Assembly: GCA_963620965.1 (NCBI GenBank)
Contig: CAVFCJ010000002.1
Coordinates: forward strand, 1 to 42,017
Reading direction: 5' to 3'
Source of the DNA: a bacterium
GTDB taxonomy: Bacteria > Bacillota > Clostridia > Christensenellales > CAG-917
DNA length: 42,017 bases
This document shows positions 1-9,812 of the stretch, piece by piece. Below the pieces are notes generated by a model that saw only the letters and a program-made list of their open reading frames with translations, was not told where the DNA came from and made no database searches. Position numbers and translations under genes: made by a program. Numbering within the stretch: the stretch's first letter is position 1; each line of letters begins with the position of its first letter.

Positions 1-223
1 CTGTCATTTTTCTCTCCAACAATTGAACTGTTATTCAAATGTTCATTTATATATTATTCCCCATTGCGCAATTTGTCAACGGATATTTGCAAAAAATTAT
101 TGGATATTTTCGGAGACTTTTTGCATTTTTACCTCAGCAACGGCCTTTCGGCAGACAATATCAAGCAAAGTGTAAACTATCGAACAAAATCGAATTTCAC
201 AAACAACTTTTGCAAGTTCGATA

Positions 224-252
224 TTGATTTTGACTTATATTTAATGTACAAT
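224..252 (+). promoter_or_regulatory. Candidate sigma-A promoter for the 299..4861 gene: -35 TTGATT (224-229), 17-nt spacer, -10 TACAAT (247-252).
   Basis: Hexamers read directly from the sequence. An AAGGAGG Shine-Dalgarno at 288-294 precedes the ATG at 299. Confidence 0.35.
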
Positions 253-298
253 CGTATAGAAGAATTATTGTGCGCGTATGCGTGCATAAGGAGGAAAT

Positions 299-3200
299 AT
301 GAGCAGCAAAATGCAAAGACGTCTGCCTTTGGCGTTCGTCGTCGCTCTCGCAATCGTTCTTGCGAGCGTTATGACGTTCTCGATTGCAGGCATTGCAAGC
401 GCCGACAGTCAAAAGACGCCGACCAACACTCTTATGATAGGTCAATTCAGCGACATTCACTACTTCCCTGTCGACGATTGCTATCAAGACATCCAAAGTC
501 CCGACTACAAAACGAGCGACTTCTACAATTCTATGACGGGCGACACAAAACTCGTTATGGAAAGCGGTATGATCCTTAAACAACAAATCGAGCAATACAT
601 TGCCGACGCGAAGAAAGGAAAAGCACCGCAATACGTTTTCGCTTCGGGCGACCTTAGCAAAAACGGCGAAGTCACCGCTCTCGTTGACGTTGCAAACGCG
701 TTGCGTTATATGCAAAACAAGATAAGAAAAATCGAAGGTTATGAAAACTTCCAGATTTTCACCACTCCCGGCAACCACGATCTCTACAACACATCGGGCG
801 CACTGTATTCGAAAACCGATGGTTCCAAGCGTGTTTCGGACGCATTGACAACAATGCAATTTGCTCTCGTCTTTGCAGGTTTGGGATATCCTAACGCCAA
901 CCTTGACGGAAGCGACGGCGCAATCAACCTCACCGAGTATTTGCCCGCAGAATACTGGTACGGCGAATATACGACCAACTATATCCCATCAAAAAATGCA
1001 GATACGCTTAAAATTCATTACTACAACGAACACCTCGAAGCGGTCAACAATATGGACTCTTCCAAAACGACCGCCGACAAACTCAACGAATACTATCAAA
1101 TCGGCGACGGAAACAACTCCCTTTCCATGTCTTGTGAAATCAAAGTCGAAGGCTATACGGATTACGCTCTTATGGTCATCGACGCTCACGACAGAGAGTC
1201 GGCAGAAGTCGGCGCATACGTCAGAGTGAACGAAGAAGAATATAAAGTTCTCAAAAACAAAAAGCAAGCGAACGGCGCAAGTTACACTTTCTATGGCGCA
1301 ACCGAAGAAGGCGCGGTCGACACGTCAAAGACAATCGATGCCGAAAAAGCATTCGCAGCGGGCAAAATCGTGTTCCGTTCGACAGGTCTCGACCACCTAT
1401 GCGGTGGCAGACTCACCGAAGGCGTGCTCGACTGGATGCAAGAATTCTGCAAATCTCAAAATGCGTCAGCACCCACGCTCGGCGAAAAGACAATCATCAC
1501 CTGCTTCCACCAAAATGCGCTTCCGCACTGGGAAATGGAAGACGAAATCCTCAAAGACTTCACCATTTACAACTGGGAAAACACAGCAAAACGCTTGCTC
1601 GATATGGGCACTCGCTACGTATTCACCGGACATATGCACGTTTGCGACGCTATGACATACACCGACGTCGAGGGCAGGACGCTCTACGATTTCCAAACGG
1701 GTTCTTGTGTGAGCTACTATTCACCAAGAAGATACACCACAGTAGAAAGATACGATTTTGACGGTAAACTCGGCGAAACCTGTATTTCTTTAGTATACTG
1801 CCTTGATGATATCGGCGCAACACCGTTTAAGGAAGTGCCGTGCCGCAACGTATTCACCGCACCGGCATTCAACGACGAGGCTTTCCACGCCGCTTATGCA
1901 ACGTTCAAAAACACCCCCACCGAAGAAAACTGGCAGGCTGTCGTTGCAACCAACCCCGACTATCTCGCGTATATGATTAACTACGAGAACATGAATGTGC
2001 TCGGTTACAACGATTATATCAACGAGCAAATCTATTCCGTACTTCTCGACCGTATGGTCAGCCACTTCATCAATCAGGACACCATTGACGGACTTGTCGA
2101 CACGGTTATGAATATGGTCGGCGGCGACGGAATGGTTCTCGGAATCGTCCGCAGCACCTTGTTCGCAGACTTCAAAAAGAGCGATAAAGACGAGAAAAAT
2201 TTGTATAATGAATACGGCAATATGGACGCTGCCGAGAAGACCGAAGCTCTCAACGGACTTGTTCAATACATTCTCGACACCGTTCTCGAAGGCGTGACTT
2301 ACGTCCATAAAGGCACGAACTACGATTCCGCACTCGACCTTGTCAATGCGGTTGTCAACGAAGTGCTTTCTTGGGAATACGGCGACGACAGCATCGTTTC
2401 CACAGTTAATCCCACAAACAGTGGCAAAATGGGCGTTGCGGACATCGCTTCCTTCATTATGACCGCTCACACGATGGGTATGGAAATCTCTCTCGACGAA
2501 ACCGCAGAATCCATCAAAGCGATTTTCGGCGATGAACAAAAGGTCGAAGAAGGCAAAGATTACCTTTTCAAACACCCCTACAACCCCACCTATCGTTTGC
2601 GTATGGTTGCGGCAGTCAAAGATATGCACGAACAACTTATCAGCGGCAAATTCGTTGAAGATTTGCTCACGACGTTGCTCGACCCCATCTTCACCGAAGA
2701 CGGCTCGTTGCTAAAAACCATCCTCAACCATCCTTTCGATTTTGGCGACGCGGTTGACAAAGGTTACATCACCGAAGCGGCGTTCGAACATCTCAAAAAG
2801 GGTTTGGGCTCGCAACTTCCATCCCTATTGAATATGCCGATCGTCAATAATTTACTAACGAATTACGGCATTGAGGTTTCCCTCCCCGAAGGCTTTACTA
2901 TCGATGCGGAAAACTTAGTTCTCGTCAACACCATCAACGATTTGCTTCCCGCAATCAAGACTCTCGTTGCAAAACTTCTCGGCTTCTCTCTCGAAGGTCC
3001 GGACGTTATATCCATCGTTCAAAACTTCCTCGACAGTTATCTCGTCGACAGTTTCTACAAGGGACTCGGCGGCATTGCCGACGACATCGTGATTGCGTTT
3101 GCAACCGACGTCTATCCCGATATGGACGACTTTGCGCACCCCAACGCGCCTTCCTACTATCAACCCAACAAAGCGTATGAAAAGGACGGCGTGCGCCTCT

Positions 3201-4861
3201 CTTACCTCAGCACTCTCAACAAGGGCTCTGAAGTCGGCGCCGAATTCAACGCGGCAACGCAAGACAACGGTAGAGTTCCCTCCCGCGTGACTGCAAACTT
3301 CGATACGACCAACTCCACAACGTCCTACACGATTAAATTCTACACCGAAGAAAACGTGTACGGCACGTTCAAGCTCTATGACGAAAACGGAAACGTACTC
3401 GGCGATGTAAGTACTTCAAAGTCGAGCGCACTCGCCACATATGCGACGAACAAGACAGATTATCTCGACACGACGGCCTACAAAGAGTTCTCAAACGGCG
3501 TGAACGCAACCGTATTCACTCAAACCAAACCGCAATACATTCCGCTCATTGACCTCGGACTTCTCTGCCTTACGCACGGCGAGATTGTCGATGACGACGA
3601 CTGCCCCTACGTCTACGGTGATCGCGACAAGGCGGTTGCAAACAGCGTTATCTACTGGAACGTCCACACCGTCACTATCAATGGTCTCGAAGCAGGCAAA
3701 ACCTACTACTACGACATTCTCGGCAACTGCGAAACGGACGGCGAACCTCTCGAATTCTCTTTGGTCAAATACATCAAGGCGCAAGGCTACGAAGGCAACG
3801 CCCTCACGTTCACGACAGCTGTCGGCAGAGACGTTGACGCGTTCGAGTTCCTCACTATCGCGGACATTCAAGGTATGATTCAAAGTATGTACGACAACAG
3901 CCACGAGGCAGTCGACGCACTTCTTAATGACGAAAGAGTCAACACCTTCGATTTCATTCTCAACGCAGGCGATATGTGCGACAACGGCAAGAATTTCAAT
4001 CAATGGGGTATGGCGCTCGATACCTATCAAGACCTCACTCTCAACACTTCCGTGTTCTTCACGTCGGGCAACCACGAGAACAATACGGGCGCAATGGGAA
4101 GATACTTCAACTACACCGAAAAAGTCGGCGAAGAAGTCAAGGCAATAAGCGGCGAATACTATTCCTTTGATTACGCAAACGCACACTTCACCGTCCTCGA
4201 CACCAACGACGCAACAACCGAAGGTCTTGGCGCAACTCAACTCGAATGGCTCAAAAACGACCTTGCAAACACAGACGCCAAATGGAAGTTCGTGCTTATG
4301 CACAAGAGTTTGTACAGCGCAGGTTCACATGCGCTCGACGGCGAAGTCAAGGCTATGAGAAGCGAGCTCACCACTCTCTTTGCAGAGCAAGGCGTAAACG
4401 TCGTATTCGGCGGTCACGACCACACTTACACCACAACTTATCTCGTTGACAAAGACGGCAACGTCGTCGACAAGACAAACAAAGACGGTATTCGTTACAC
4501 GGGCGACGGCGTTCTCTACATCACGCTCGGCACACTCGGCACGAAGTTCTACACTTATAGAGAGAACGATATGACCACCGACAAATTCAACAAGGATGAC
4601 AGCATACTTCATACTCTCGATTCTCAAACGTTCGGCAAGGTCAAAGTCGAAGGTGACACGATCACCTTCACCGGCTACTACTTCAACAAAGCAACCGGCA
4701 AGATCGATCAAATCGGCAACAGCGCAGTACTCTCCGCAACGCCTATAAAGGACAACAAACTTATGGTTATCCTTCTTTCCACCCTCATTCCGGGTGTGGT
4801 TGTAGTCGGCGTAGGCACGGGACTCGGCATCTACTTTGTCAAGAAGAAAAAAACAAAATAA
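299..4861 (+). CDS. Secreted protein with a C-terminal membrane anchor and two calcineurin-like metallophosphoesterase domains. The second domain is purple-acid-phosphatase-like.
   Basis: 1520-aa ORF with a strong SD. N-terminal signal peptide MSSKMQRRLPLAFVVALAIVLASVMTFSIAGIASA. Two complete motif sets: SDIHY / GDLSKNGE / PGNHD / TGHMH, and ADIQG / AGDMCDNG / SGNHEN / GGHDH. The second set is preceded by an FN3-like TINGLEAGKTYYYD segment. C-terminal TM helix followed by KKKKTK. Confidence 0.85.
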   Translation: MSSKMQRRLPLAFVVALAIVLASVMTFSIAGIASADSQKTPTNTLMIGQFSDIHYFPVDDCYQDIQSPDYKTSDFYNSMTGDTKLVMESGMILKQQIEQYIADAKKGKAPQYVFASGDLSKNGEVTALVDVANALRYMQNKIRKIEGYENFQIFTTPGNHDLYNTSGALYSKTDGSKRVSDALTTMQFALVFAGLGYPNANLDGSDGAINLTEYLPAEYWYGEYTTNYIPSKNADTLKIHYYNEHLEAVNNMDSSKTTADKLNEYYQIGDGNNSLSMSCEIKVEGYTDYALMVIDAHDRESAEVGAYVRVNEEEYKVLKNKKQANGASYTFYGATEEGAVDTSKTIDAEKAFAAGKIVFRSTGLDHLCGGRLTEGVLDWMQEFCKSQNASAPTLGEKTIITCFHQNALPHWEMEDEILKDFTIYNWENTAKRLLDMGTRYVFTGHMHVCDAMTYTDVEGRTLYDFQTGSCVSYYSPRRYTTVERYDFDGKLGETCISLVYCLDDIGATPFKEVPCRNVFTAPAFNDEAFHAAYATFKNTPTEENWQAVVATNPDYLAYMINYENMNVLGYNDYINEQIYSVLLDRMVSHFINQDTIDGLVDTVMNMVGGDGMVLGIVRSTLFADFKKSDKDEKNLYNEYGNMDAAEKTEALNGLVQYILDTVLEGVTYVHKGTNYDSALDLVNAVVNEVLSWEYGDDSIVSTVNPTNSGKMGVADIASFIMTAHTMGMEISLDETAESIKAIFGDEQKVEEGKDYLFKHPYNPTYRLRMVAAVKDMHEQLISGKFVEDLLTTLLDPIFTEDGSLLKTILNHPFDFGDAVDKGYITEAAFEHLKKGLGSQLPSLLNMPIVNNLLTNYGIEVSLPEGFTIDAENLVLVNTINDLLPAIKTLVAKLLGFSLEGPDVISIVQNFLDSYLVDSFYKGLGGIADDIVIAFATDVYPDMDDFAHPNAPSYYQPNKAYEKDGVRLSYLSTLNKGSEVGAEFNAATQDNGRVPSRVTANFDTTNSTTSYTIKFYTEENVYGTFKLYDENGNVLGDVSTSKSSALATYATNKTDYLDTTAYKEFSNGVNATVFTQTKPQYIPLIDLGLLCLTHGEIVDDDDCPYVYGDRDKAVANSVIYWNVHTVTINGLEAGKTYYYDILGNCETDGEPLEFSLVKYIKAQGYEGNALTFTTAVGRDVDAFEFLTIADIQGMIQSMYDNSHEAVDALLNDERVNTFDFILNAGDMCDNGKNFNQWGMALDTYQDLTLNTSVFFTSGNHENNTGAMGRYFNYTEKVGEEVKAISGEYYSFDYANAHFTVLDTNDATTEGLGATQLEWLKNDLANTDAKWKFVLMHKSLYSAGSHALDGEVKAMRSELTTLFAEQGVNVVFGGHDHTYTTTYLVDKDGNVVDKTNKDGIRYTGDGVLYITLGTLGTKFYTYRENDMTTDKFNKDDSILHTLDSQTFGKVKVEGDTITFTGYYFNKATGKIDQIGNSAVLSATPIKDNKLMVILLSTLIPGVVVVGVGTGLGIYFVKKKKTK

Positions 4862-4872
4862 GTGCTTAACTC

Positions 4873-4906
4873 AAAAAAGCGCGCAACTTCACGTTGCGCG
4901 CTTTTT
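4873..4906. terminator. Intrinsic terminator after the 1520-aa gene, potentially bidirectional.
   Basis: 10-bp GC-rich stem AGCGCGCAAC / GTTGCGCGCT with loop TTCAC. Flanked by an A-run upstream and TTTTT downstream. Confidence 0.8.
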
Positions 4907-4976
4907 AATTAATAATGAATAATTAATAATGAATAATTTTGGGTGGGCTCTGCCCACACCCGATTAAATATAAATC
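4907..4976. repeat. Short dispersed repeat cluster (family 1): AT-rich tandem unit TAATAATGAATAAT x2, a GGGTGGGC-TCT-GCCCACACCC hairpin and a GATTAAATATAAATC motif.
   Basis: Its reverse complement resembles 14048-14100 (AATATAAATC + GGGTGTGGG hairpin + AATTATTAATTATTAAT). The AT-rich part also resembles 16311-16344. Confidence 0.6.
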
Positions 4977-4988
4977 TGCAAGATTCGA

Positions 4989-5040
4989 TGCGCTAAATCG
5001 ATGCATAACGCGAAAGCACCCCCATGAATTTCACCCCTAA
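4989..5040. repeat. Left-half fragment (copy A') of the nested-hairpin element family.
   Basis: TGCGCTAAATCGATGCATAACGCGAAAGCACCCC matches the left arm of copy B (19802-19835). It then degenerates (GAATTTCACCCCTAATT versus GAATGGCAACCCTAATTT) and has no right arm. Confidence 0.6.
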
Positions 5041-5174
5041 TTAAAAAAACCGCGCTATTTGGATGAAGAACGCGAAAGGCACGGCTTGAATCAAAACCCA
5101 GTGTACATAGACGTACACGATTTTGAGGCAAGCCGTGCCTGACAAAGTTATTCGCCAAATAGCACGGTTTTTTA
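5041..5174. repeat. Nested-hairpin element, copy A (variant apex). It probably also acts as terminator for the dnaK-operon tail.
   Basis: Outer arms TTAAAAAAACCGCGCTATTTGG / CCAAATAGCACGGTTTTTTA. Mid stem GGCACGGCTTG / CAAGCCGTGCC. Apical hairpin GTGTAC-N6-GTACAC. The last 3 nt form the TAA stop of the HIT gene. Confidence 0.7.
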
Positions 5175-5513
5175 GCACATCGTATCAGATAATTTTCCAC
5201 CGCCAAGTACATGAATATGCAAATGCCCCACCGACTGGCAACCGTCCTCACCCTTGTTGGATACGAGACGGAAACCGTTTTGAAGTCCCAATTCGTCGGT
5301 AAGCGTAGAGAGTTTTTTGAGGCATTTTGCGAGGGTTTGCGCTTGAGAGTCCGTCATCTCGATTATGTTTGCGTAATGCTCTTTTGGGATAAGCAAAAGA
5401 TGTATGGGGGCTTGCGGATTCAAGTCCTTTATGATAATCATATCGTCGTCTTCGTAGACTTTTGTAGACGGAATATCGCCTTTAACGATTTTGCAGAAAA
5501 TGCAGTTGTCCAT
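5172..5513 (-). CDS. HIT-family (histidine triad) nucleotide hydrolase/transferase.
   Basis: 113-aa ORF with the histidine triad HLHIHVLGG near the C-terminus and N-terminal CIFCKI. It is the last gene of the dnaK/mtaB cluster. Confidence 0.85.
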   Translation of the reverse strand: MDNCIFCKIVKGDIPSTKVYEDDDMIIIKDLNPQAPIHLLLIPKEHYANIIEMTDSQAQTLAKCLKKLSTLTDELGLQNGFRLVSNKGEDGCQSVGHLHIHVLGGGKLSDTMC

Positions 5514-5531
5514 ATCGATTCCTTCCTTTTA

Positions 5532-6821
5532 TTATTTTACGGTGTCGTCTGCAACGCCGTCGAGATAGATGTGAGTGGGCGTGATAAGCCGGATTTCGTT
5601 ATGCGCGCCGTTTTTCGAGTATACTTTGACGTAGTTTGGGGAATGTCCGCACCAAACGCTGTGCGTTTGCGTTTCAAACAGCACGTTTGCGGGCATACCG
5701 AGTTGCTTGTTGAGGTAGTTGCGCACAAGTTCGTGCTTGACTGCGCTCATACGTTTTTGACGGTCGAACACCACTTCGGGCGGAAGTGTGGTCATACGCC
5801 CCGCAACCGTGCCCCTTCTCGACGAATACTGAAAAACGTGAATGTCGGCAAATCCGACTTTTCGTGCAAAAGCAACGCAGTTTTCAAATTCTTCTTCCCT
5901 TTCGCTCGGGAAACCGACAATGATGTCCGTCGTAATCGCAGCGTCGGGATAGTATTCTCTGATAAGTTGCACCGCCGCATAGTATTCGTCGCAGGTGTAG
6001 TGGCGATTCATCGCTTTAAGCACTCTGTCGTCGCCGCTTTGCAACGACAAGTGAAAATGCGGGCAAAATCTCTTTATGCCCTTTGTCGCGTCCAAAAACT
6101 CTTTTGACACCACGCCGACTTCGAGCGAGCCGAGTCGCACGGCAAAATCGTACTTCGAGAGCATTTTCATAAGTTCGGTAAGCGACGAGCCGTTATCCTT
6201 GCCGTATGCTGAAAGGTTTATGCCGGTTACTACCACCTCTTTTGCAACGTTTTGCACCTCGTCGAGTTCTCTTTCGATACTTTCGATAGCGCGCGAGCGG
6301 CTTCTGCCTCTGACGTAAGGGATCAAGCAATAACTACAAAAGTTGTTGCACCCGTCCTGAACCTTTATGAAATGCCTCGTGCGTAGGTTCACTATTCCGT
6401 CGTTATCCTCGAAAACCGAACTTATATCGAACTTATCGGGAACGATTTTGTCAAACTGTTCTTCTTCGCTCTTAAATTCGGTGACGATTTTGCGAGCGAA
6501 ATCAAGTTTTCCGTCGCTGCCCGATATGTATTGAACGTTGTTTTTTGCAAACTGCGAAAAATTGTTTTGAGAAGCGCATCCGCACACGAAAATCTTTGCG
6601 TTGGGATTGACTTTGAGTATTCTCGTCACCGATTGTCGAGATTTTTTCTCTGCTTCGGCGGTTACGGCGCAAGAATTTATGACATAAACGTCTGCAAATT
6701 CAAGCCCTTCTGCAATCTCGAAACCTGCATGCTCGAAAATCGCGAGCATTGCGTCCGTGTCGTACTGATTGACCTTGCACCCCAGCGTAAACACGGATAT
6801 TTTGGGAAGTTTGTCATTCAT
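5532..6821 (-). CDS. mtaB: Radical-SAM methylthiotransferase, MtaB-like (tRNA t6A37 methylthiotransferase).
   Basis: N-terminal MTTase domain FTLGCKVNQYDT and radical-SAM cluster motif CNNFCSYC. Conserved position after rsmE/prmA/dnaJ. Start set at ATG 6821 (MNDKLPK), which overlaps the rsmE stop in ATGAATGA. The track's longer ORF start (6884) lies inside rsmE. Confidence 0.85.
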   Translation of the reverse strand: MNDKLPKISVFTLGCKVNQYDTDAMLAIFEHAGFEIAEGLEFADVYVINSCAVTAEAEKKSRQSVTRILKVNPNAKIFVCGCASQNNFSQFAKNNVQYISGSDGKLDFARKIVTEFKSEEEQFDKIVPDKFDISSVFEDNDGIVNLRTRHFIKVQDGCNNFCSYCLIPYVRGRSRSRAIESIERELDEVQNVAKEVVVTGINLSAYGKDNGSSLTELMKMLSKYDFAVRLGSLEVGVVSKEFLDATKGIKRFCPHFHLSLQSGDDRVLKAMNRHYTCDEYYAAVQLIREYYPDAAITTDIIVGFPSEREEEFENCVAFARKVGFADIHVFQYSSRRGTVAGRMTTLPPEVVFDRQKRMSAVKHELVRNYLNKQLGMPANVLFETQTHSVWCGHSPNYVKVYSKNGAHNEIRLITPTHIYLDGVADDTVK

Positions 6822-7539
6822 AATCAAGTTCTCCCAGAGTGTCCAAAAGTAAAGTGGAAGCCACGATTGAAGCAGTTTCCGCACGCAAAATACGTCTGCC
6901 GAGCGTCACGATTTGCGCGCCCGATTCCTTTGCGATTTGCGCTTCTTCGGGGGTAAAACCGCCCTCTGCGCCAACAATCAAAGCAATGTTTTTGCCGCTT
7001 AAATCGCAATCTTTTATACGATTTTTCTTCTCGCCCTCATAAGCAAACAACACTTTGTCGAAATCGCCGAACGCCTTTATTACGTCTTGAAAATCGCAAA
7101 GTTCGCCCACTTTCGTAAGATACGCAGAACCGCACTGTTTTGCGGCTTCGAGCGCGATTTTGTCCGCCCTATCCTTTGCGAATTTGGTTTCCGCCGTATT
7201 GCTCGACAGAAACGGACGAACCTCGTCAATTCCGAGTTCAACCGCCTTTTGAATTGCAAAATCGAGTTTGTTGTTCTTTAAAAGCCCTGCAAACAGTGTG
7301 ATGTGTACCCTCTTTTTGTCCTGCACGTTTTCGTCGTCAACGGACAAAATCGCTCTGTCGCGATCGATTTGCTTTATCGTGCAGTATCTTTCTATGCCGT
7401 CGTTTGCGCACACTATCGCCTTATAGCCCGTTTTGTAGCGAAGAACTTTTGTCATATGCAAAAACTCGTCGCCAAAAACGACAATTTCACCGTTTGCGTC
7501 GATATCTTGCGGATTGACAAAAAATCTTCTTATTTCCAT
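6814..7539 (-). CDS. rsmE: 16S rRNA (uracil1498-N3)-methyltransferase RsmE.
   Basis: 241 aa with the C-terminal SPOUT motif IVGAEGGFTPEE. Conserved synteny prmA-rsmE-mtaB. Confidence 0.85.
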   Translation of the reverse strand: MEIRRFFVNPQDIDANGEIVVFGDEFLHMTKVLRYKTGYKAIVCANDGIERYCTIKQIDRDRAILSVDDENVQDKKRVHITLFAGLLKNNKLDFAIQKAVELGIDEVRPFLSSNTAETKFAKDRADKIALEAAKQCGSAYLTKVGELCDFQDVIKAFGDFDKVLFAYEGEKKNRIKDCDLSGKNIALIVGAEGGFTPEEAQIAKESGAQIVTLGRRILRAETASIVASTLLLDTLGELDYE

Positions 7540-7551
7540 ATTCTAATTAGG

Positions 7552-8454
7552 TTAATTTCTTTTGAGTTTGAGCGCACGCCAGTCGTCCATTGACATACGC
7601 TCGACAATTTCATAGCCCGCTGTTTTATAACATTGTATCACTTCGTCAAGTCTCGTGTCAATGATACCCGACAACACGATAGTCCCATTTTGGCGCAAAT
7701 GCTTGCCTATGCTCTTTGAAAAGCGCATAAGTATGTCGGCGGTGATGTTGGCAAATATGAAATCCGCTTGTTGATCGCCTTCGAGCAAATCGGCTTTCTG
7801 TATGGTTGCGACAACATTGTTGAGTTGGGCGTTACGCTTTGCAAATTTCACCGCTTGTTCGTCTATGTCGCACATATACACGCTTTTTGCGCCGCAAATC
7901 TTTGCTGCTATACCCAAAATGCCGCTTCCGCACCCAACGTCGATGACGTCTTTGCCATCTACGTCCATAAGTTCGAGGCACATTCTCGTCGTTGCGTGCG
8001 AACCGGTGCCGAACGCCATTCCGGGATCGAGGCGCATAATCTTTTCATCCTCGTTCGCCGTATACTCTATCCAAGTCGGAACTATGGTTATATTTTTCGT
8101 TTTTATGGGATTATAGTACTTTTTCCACTCGTTTTCATAGTCGGCGGCATTGATTTCACCTAAAAGAATCTCGCCGAATTGCACGCCGTTTTTCTTCATT
8201 TCTTCGAGGGACGCTTCGAGCGCAGCGAGGAATTCCGTGTCGGTCGGCTCATACATCGTAGAAACCTTGACGACTTCGCTTTGTTGCAACACGCTTTCGT
8301 CGACGTAGTCCCAAATAACGTCGCTTTTTACGAGGTCGAGGAAGTCTTGTTTGTCCAAAATAGAAACACCGCCCGCACCTGCGTCAAACATTGCTGACGA
8401 GATGAGGTCGGCGTCGTTATGGTTTGTAAAAACCGTTATCGTTTTGTATTTCAT
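7552..8454 (-). CDS. prmA: Ribosomal protein L11 methyltransferase PrmA.
   Basis: 300 aa with PGMAFGTGSHATT and the SAM motif DVGCGSGILGIAA. Lies immediately downstream of dnaJ. Confidence 0.9.
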   Translation of the reverse strand: MKYKTITVFTNHNDADLISSAMFDAGAGGVSILDKQDFLDLVKSDVIWDYVDESVLQQSEVVKVSTMYEPTDTEFLAALEASLEEMKKNGVQFGEILLGEINAADYENEWKKYYNPIKTKNITIVPTWIEYTANEDEKIMRLDPGMAFGTGSHATTRMCLELMDVDGKDVIDVGCGSGILGIAAKICGAKSVYMCDIDEQAVKFAKRNAQLNNVVATIQKADLLEGDQQADFIFANITADILMRFSKSIGKHLRQNGTIVLSGIIDTRLDEVIQCYKTAGYEIVERMSMDDWRALKLKRN

Positions 8455-8508
8455 TCGTTATACTCTCGCATTTAAGTGGCTTAGATTGCCGCTTTTGTGT
8501 GGTTGATT

Positions 8509-9657
8509 TTATTTTGCCTTTTCATCGTACGCTTTTTTGAGCGGATATTGTTTCTTCAGATCGGAAATCTGGTCGAAGCGTTTGAGGAACTCTTTTTGTT
8601 CCTTACTCACGATCTTCGGAACTTCGACGACGACTTTGACGAACATATCACCCTTGCCCGTGCCTTTGAGTTTCTTTATGCCGTAATTCTTGATTGTAAA
8701 CACCGTGCCGCTTTGCGTACCTTCGGGAATTTTGACCTCTTTATTTCCGTAAAGCGTAGGCACTTCGATTGTCGTGCCGAGCGTTGCATCCACAATTGAA
8801 ATAGGCACTTCGAGCAACACATCGAATCCGTTTCTCGAAAAAAGTTTGTGCGGCGCGACTCTTACTTCGACGTACAAGCCACCCTTTTCGCCGCCGTTGG
8901 AGCCTGCGTGACCTTCGTTGTCGTATCTAATTCTTTGTCCCGAATCGATACCTGCAGGAATGTTGACCTTGACTTCGCGCACTTTTTCAAAACGACCTAC
9001 GCCGCCGCAAGATGTACATTTGTCGGTAATAATCTTGCCCGTGCCGTGACATGAGGGACAAACGCCTTGCGTGCTAACTTGACCGAACGGAGTGCGTTGA
9101 GTCATAGTCACTCTGCCGCTACCCTTACATTGCGAGCAAACCTTGAATGACGTGCCGTCCTTTGCGCCCGTACCCTTGCAGTCGGGGCAGTTTTCCACTC
9201 TCTTGACATTGACGTTCTTTTGAGTGCCGAACGCCGCTTCCTCAAAGGTAAGATTGACGCCTACGAGGATATCCTGACCTCTTTGAGGCGCGTTTGCGCG
9301 TTGTGCTCTCGACGAGCCACCGCCGAATCCCGAAAAGATTGACGAGAAAATGTCGTCCATATCAAATCCAAATCCGCCTGCGCCACCCGAAAATCCGCCG
9401 AATCCAGCACCTGCCTGTGGTCCGTTTTCGTCACCATAGGTGTCGTATGCCGCGCGCTTTTGAGGATCGGAAAGCACTTCATAGGCGTGGTTTATATCCT
9501 TAAACTTCGCCTCTGCGTCCTTCTTTTCCTGCTCGCTTGCCGAAACGTACATATCGGGATGATATTTCTTTGCAAGTTTACGATAGGCGAGTTTCAACTC
9601 GTCTGCCGTAGCCGTCTTTTCGACACCGAGTATTTCGTAATAATTTTTTGTTGCCAT
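8509..9657 (-). CDS. dnaJ: Molecular chaperone DnaJ.
   Basis: J-domain with HPD (KKYHPDMY), a G/F-rich linker and four CxxCxGxG zinc motifs ([32 protein letters not shown]). Confidence 0.97.
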   Translation of the reverse strand: MATKNYYEILGVEKTATADELKLAYRKLAKKYHPDMYVSASEQEKKDAEAKFKDINHAYEVLSDPQKRAAYDTYGDENGPQAGAGFGGFSGGAGGFGFDMDDIFSSIFSGFGGGSSRAQRANAPQRGQDILVGVNLTFEEAAFGTQKNVNVKRVENCPDCKGTGAKDGTSFKVCSQCKGSGRVTMTQRTPFGQVSTQGVCPSCHGTGKIITDKCTSCGGVGRFEKVREVKVNIPAGIDSGQRIRYDNEGHAGSNGGEKGGLYVEVRVAPHKLFSRNGFDVLLEVPISIVDATLGTTIEVPTLYGNKEVKIPEGTQSGTVFTIKNYGIKKLKGTGKGDMFVKVVVEVPKIVSKEQKEFLKRFDQISDLKKQYPLKKAYDEKAK

Positions 9658-9762
9658 AACCTATTCTTCAACCCTATAGGGCTGCCTTTGTTCGTATTTG
9701 GGTGCTTTTTGCACGGTATCTCGATAATCTTTGATAGAATCGAGTTTCCTTTTATACGTCTC

Positions 9763-9786
9763 GGCGCAACGGTTGCCCGTTGCGCC
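9763..9786 (-). other. Intercistronic stem-loop between dnaK and dnaJ.
   Basis: Perfect 10-bp stem GGCGCAACGG / CCGTTGCGCC with a 4-nt loop and no U-tract. Possibly an attenuator or mRNA-processing/stability element. Confidence 0.4.
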
Positions 9787-9812
9787 TCGATTCTTTATTG
9801 TTTTGACCTTTA

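Noticed and set aside
1-7. A possible start of a divergently transcribed minus-strand gene at the left edge. The reverse complement reads GGAGAGAAAAATGACAG, giving an SD plus an ATG at position 7-5.
   Set aside because: Only two codons fall inside the window, so the gene cannot be evaluated.
5532-6884. Longer N-terminal extensions given by the ORF track for mtaB (6884), the GH5 gene (29584), ung (33971), the PRT gene (35023), the U32 gene (35626), the 59-aa ORF (23733) and the 106-aa ORF (40279).
   Set aside because: The extensions overlap upstream genes or lack SD sequences. They also add residues not found in the respective families. Internal ATGs with SDs, lipobox/signal logic or ATGA coupling give better starts.
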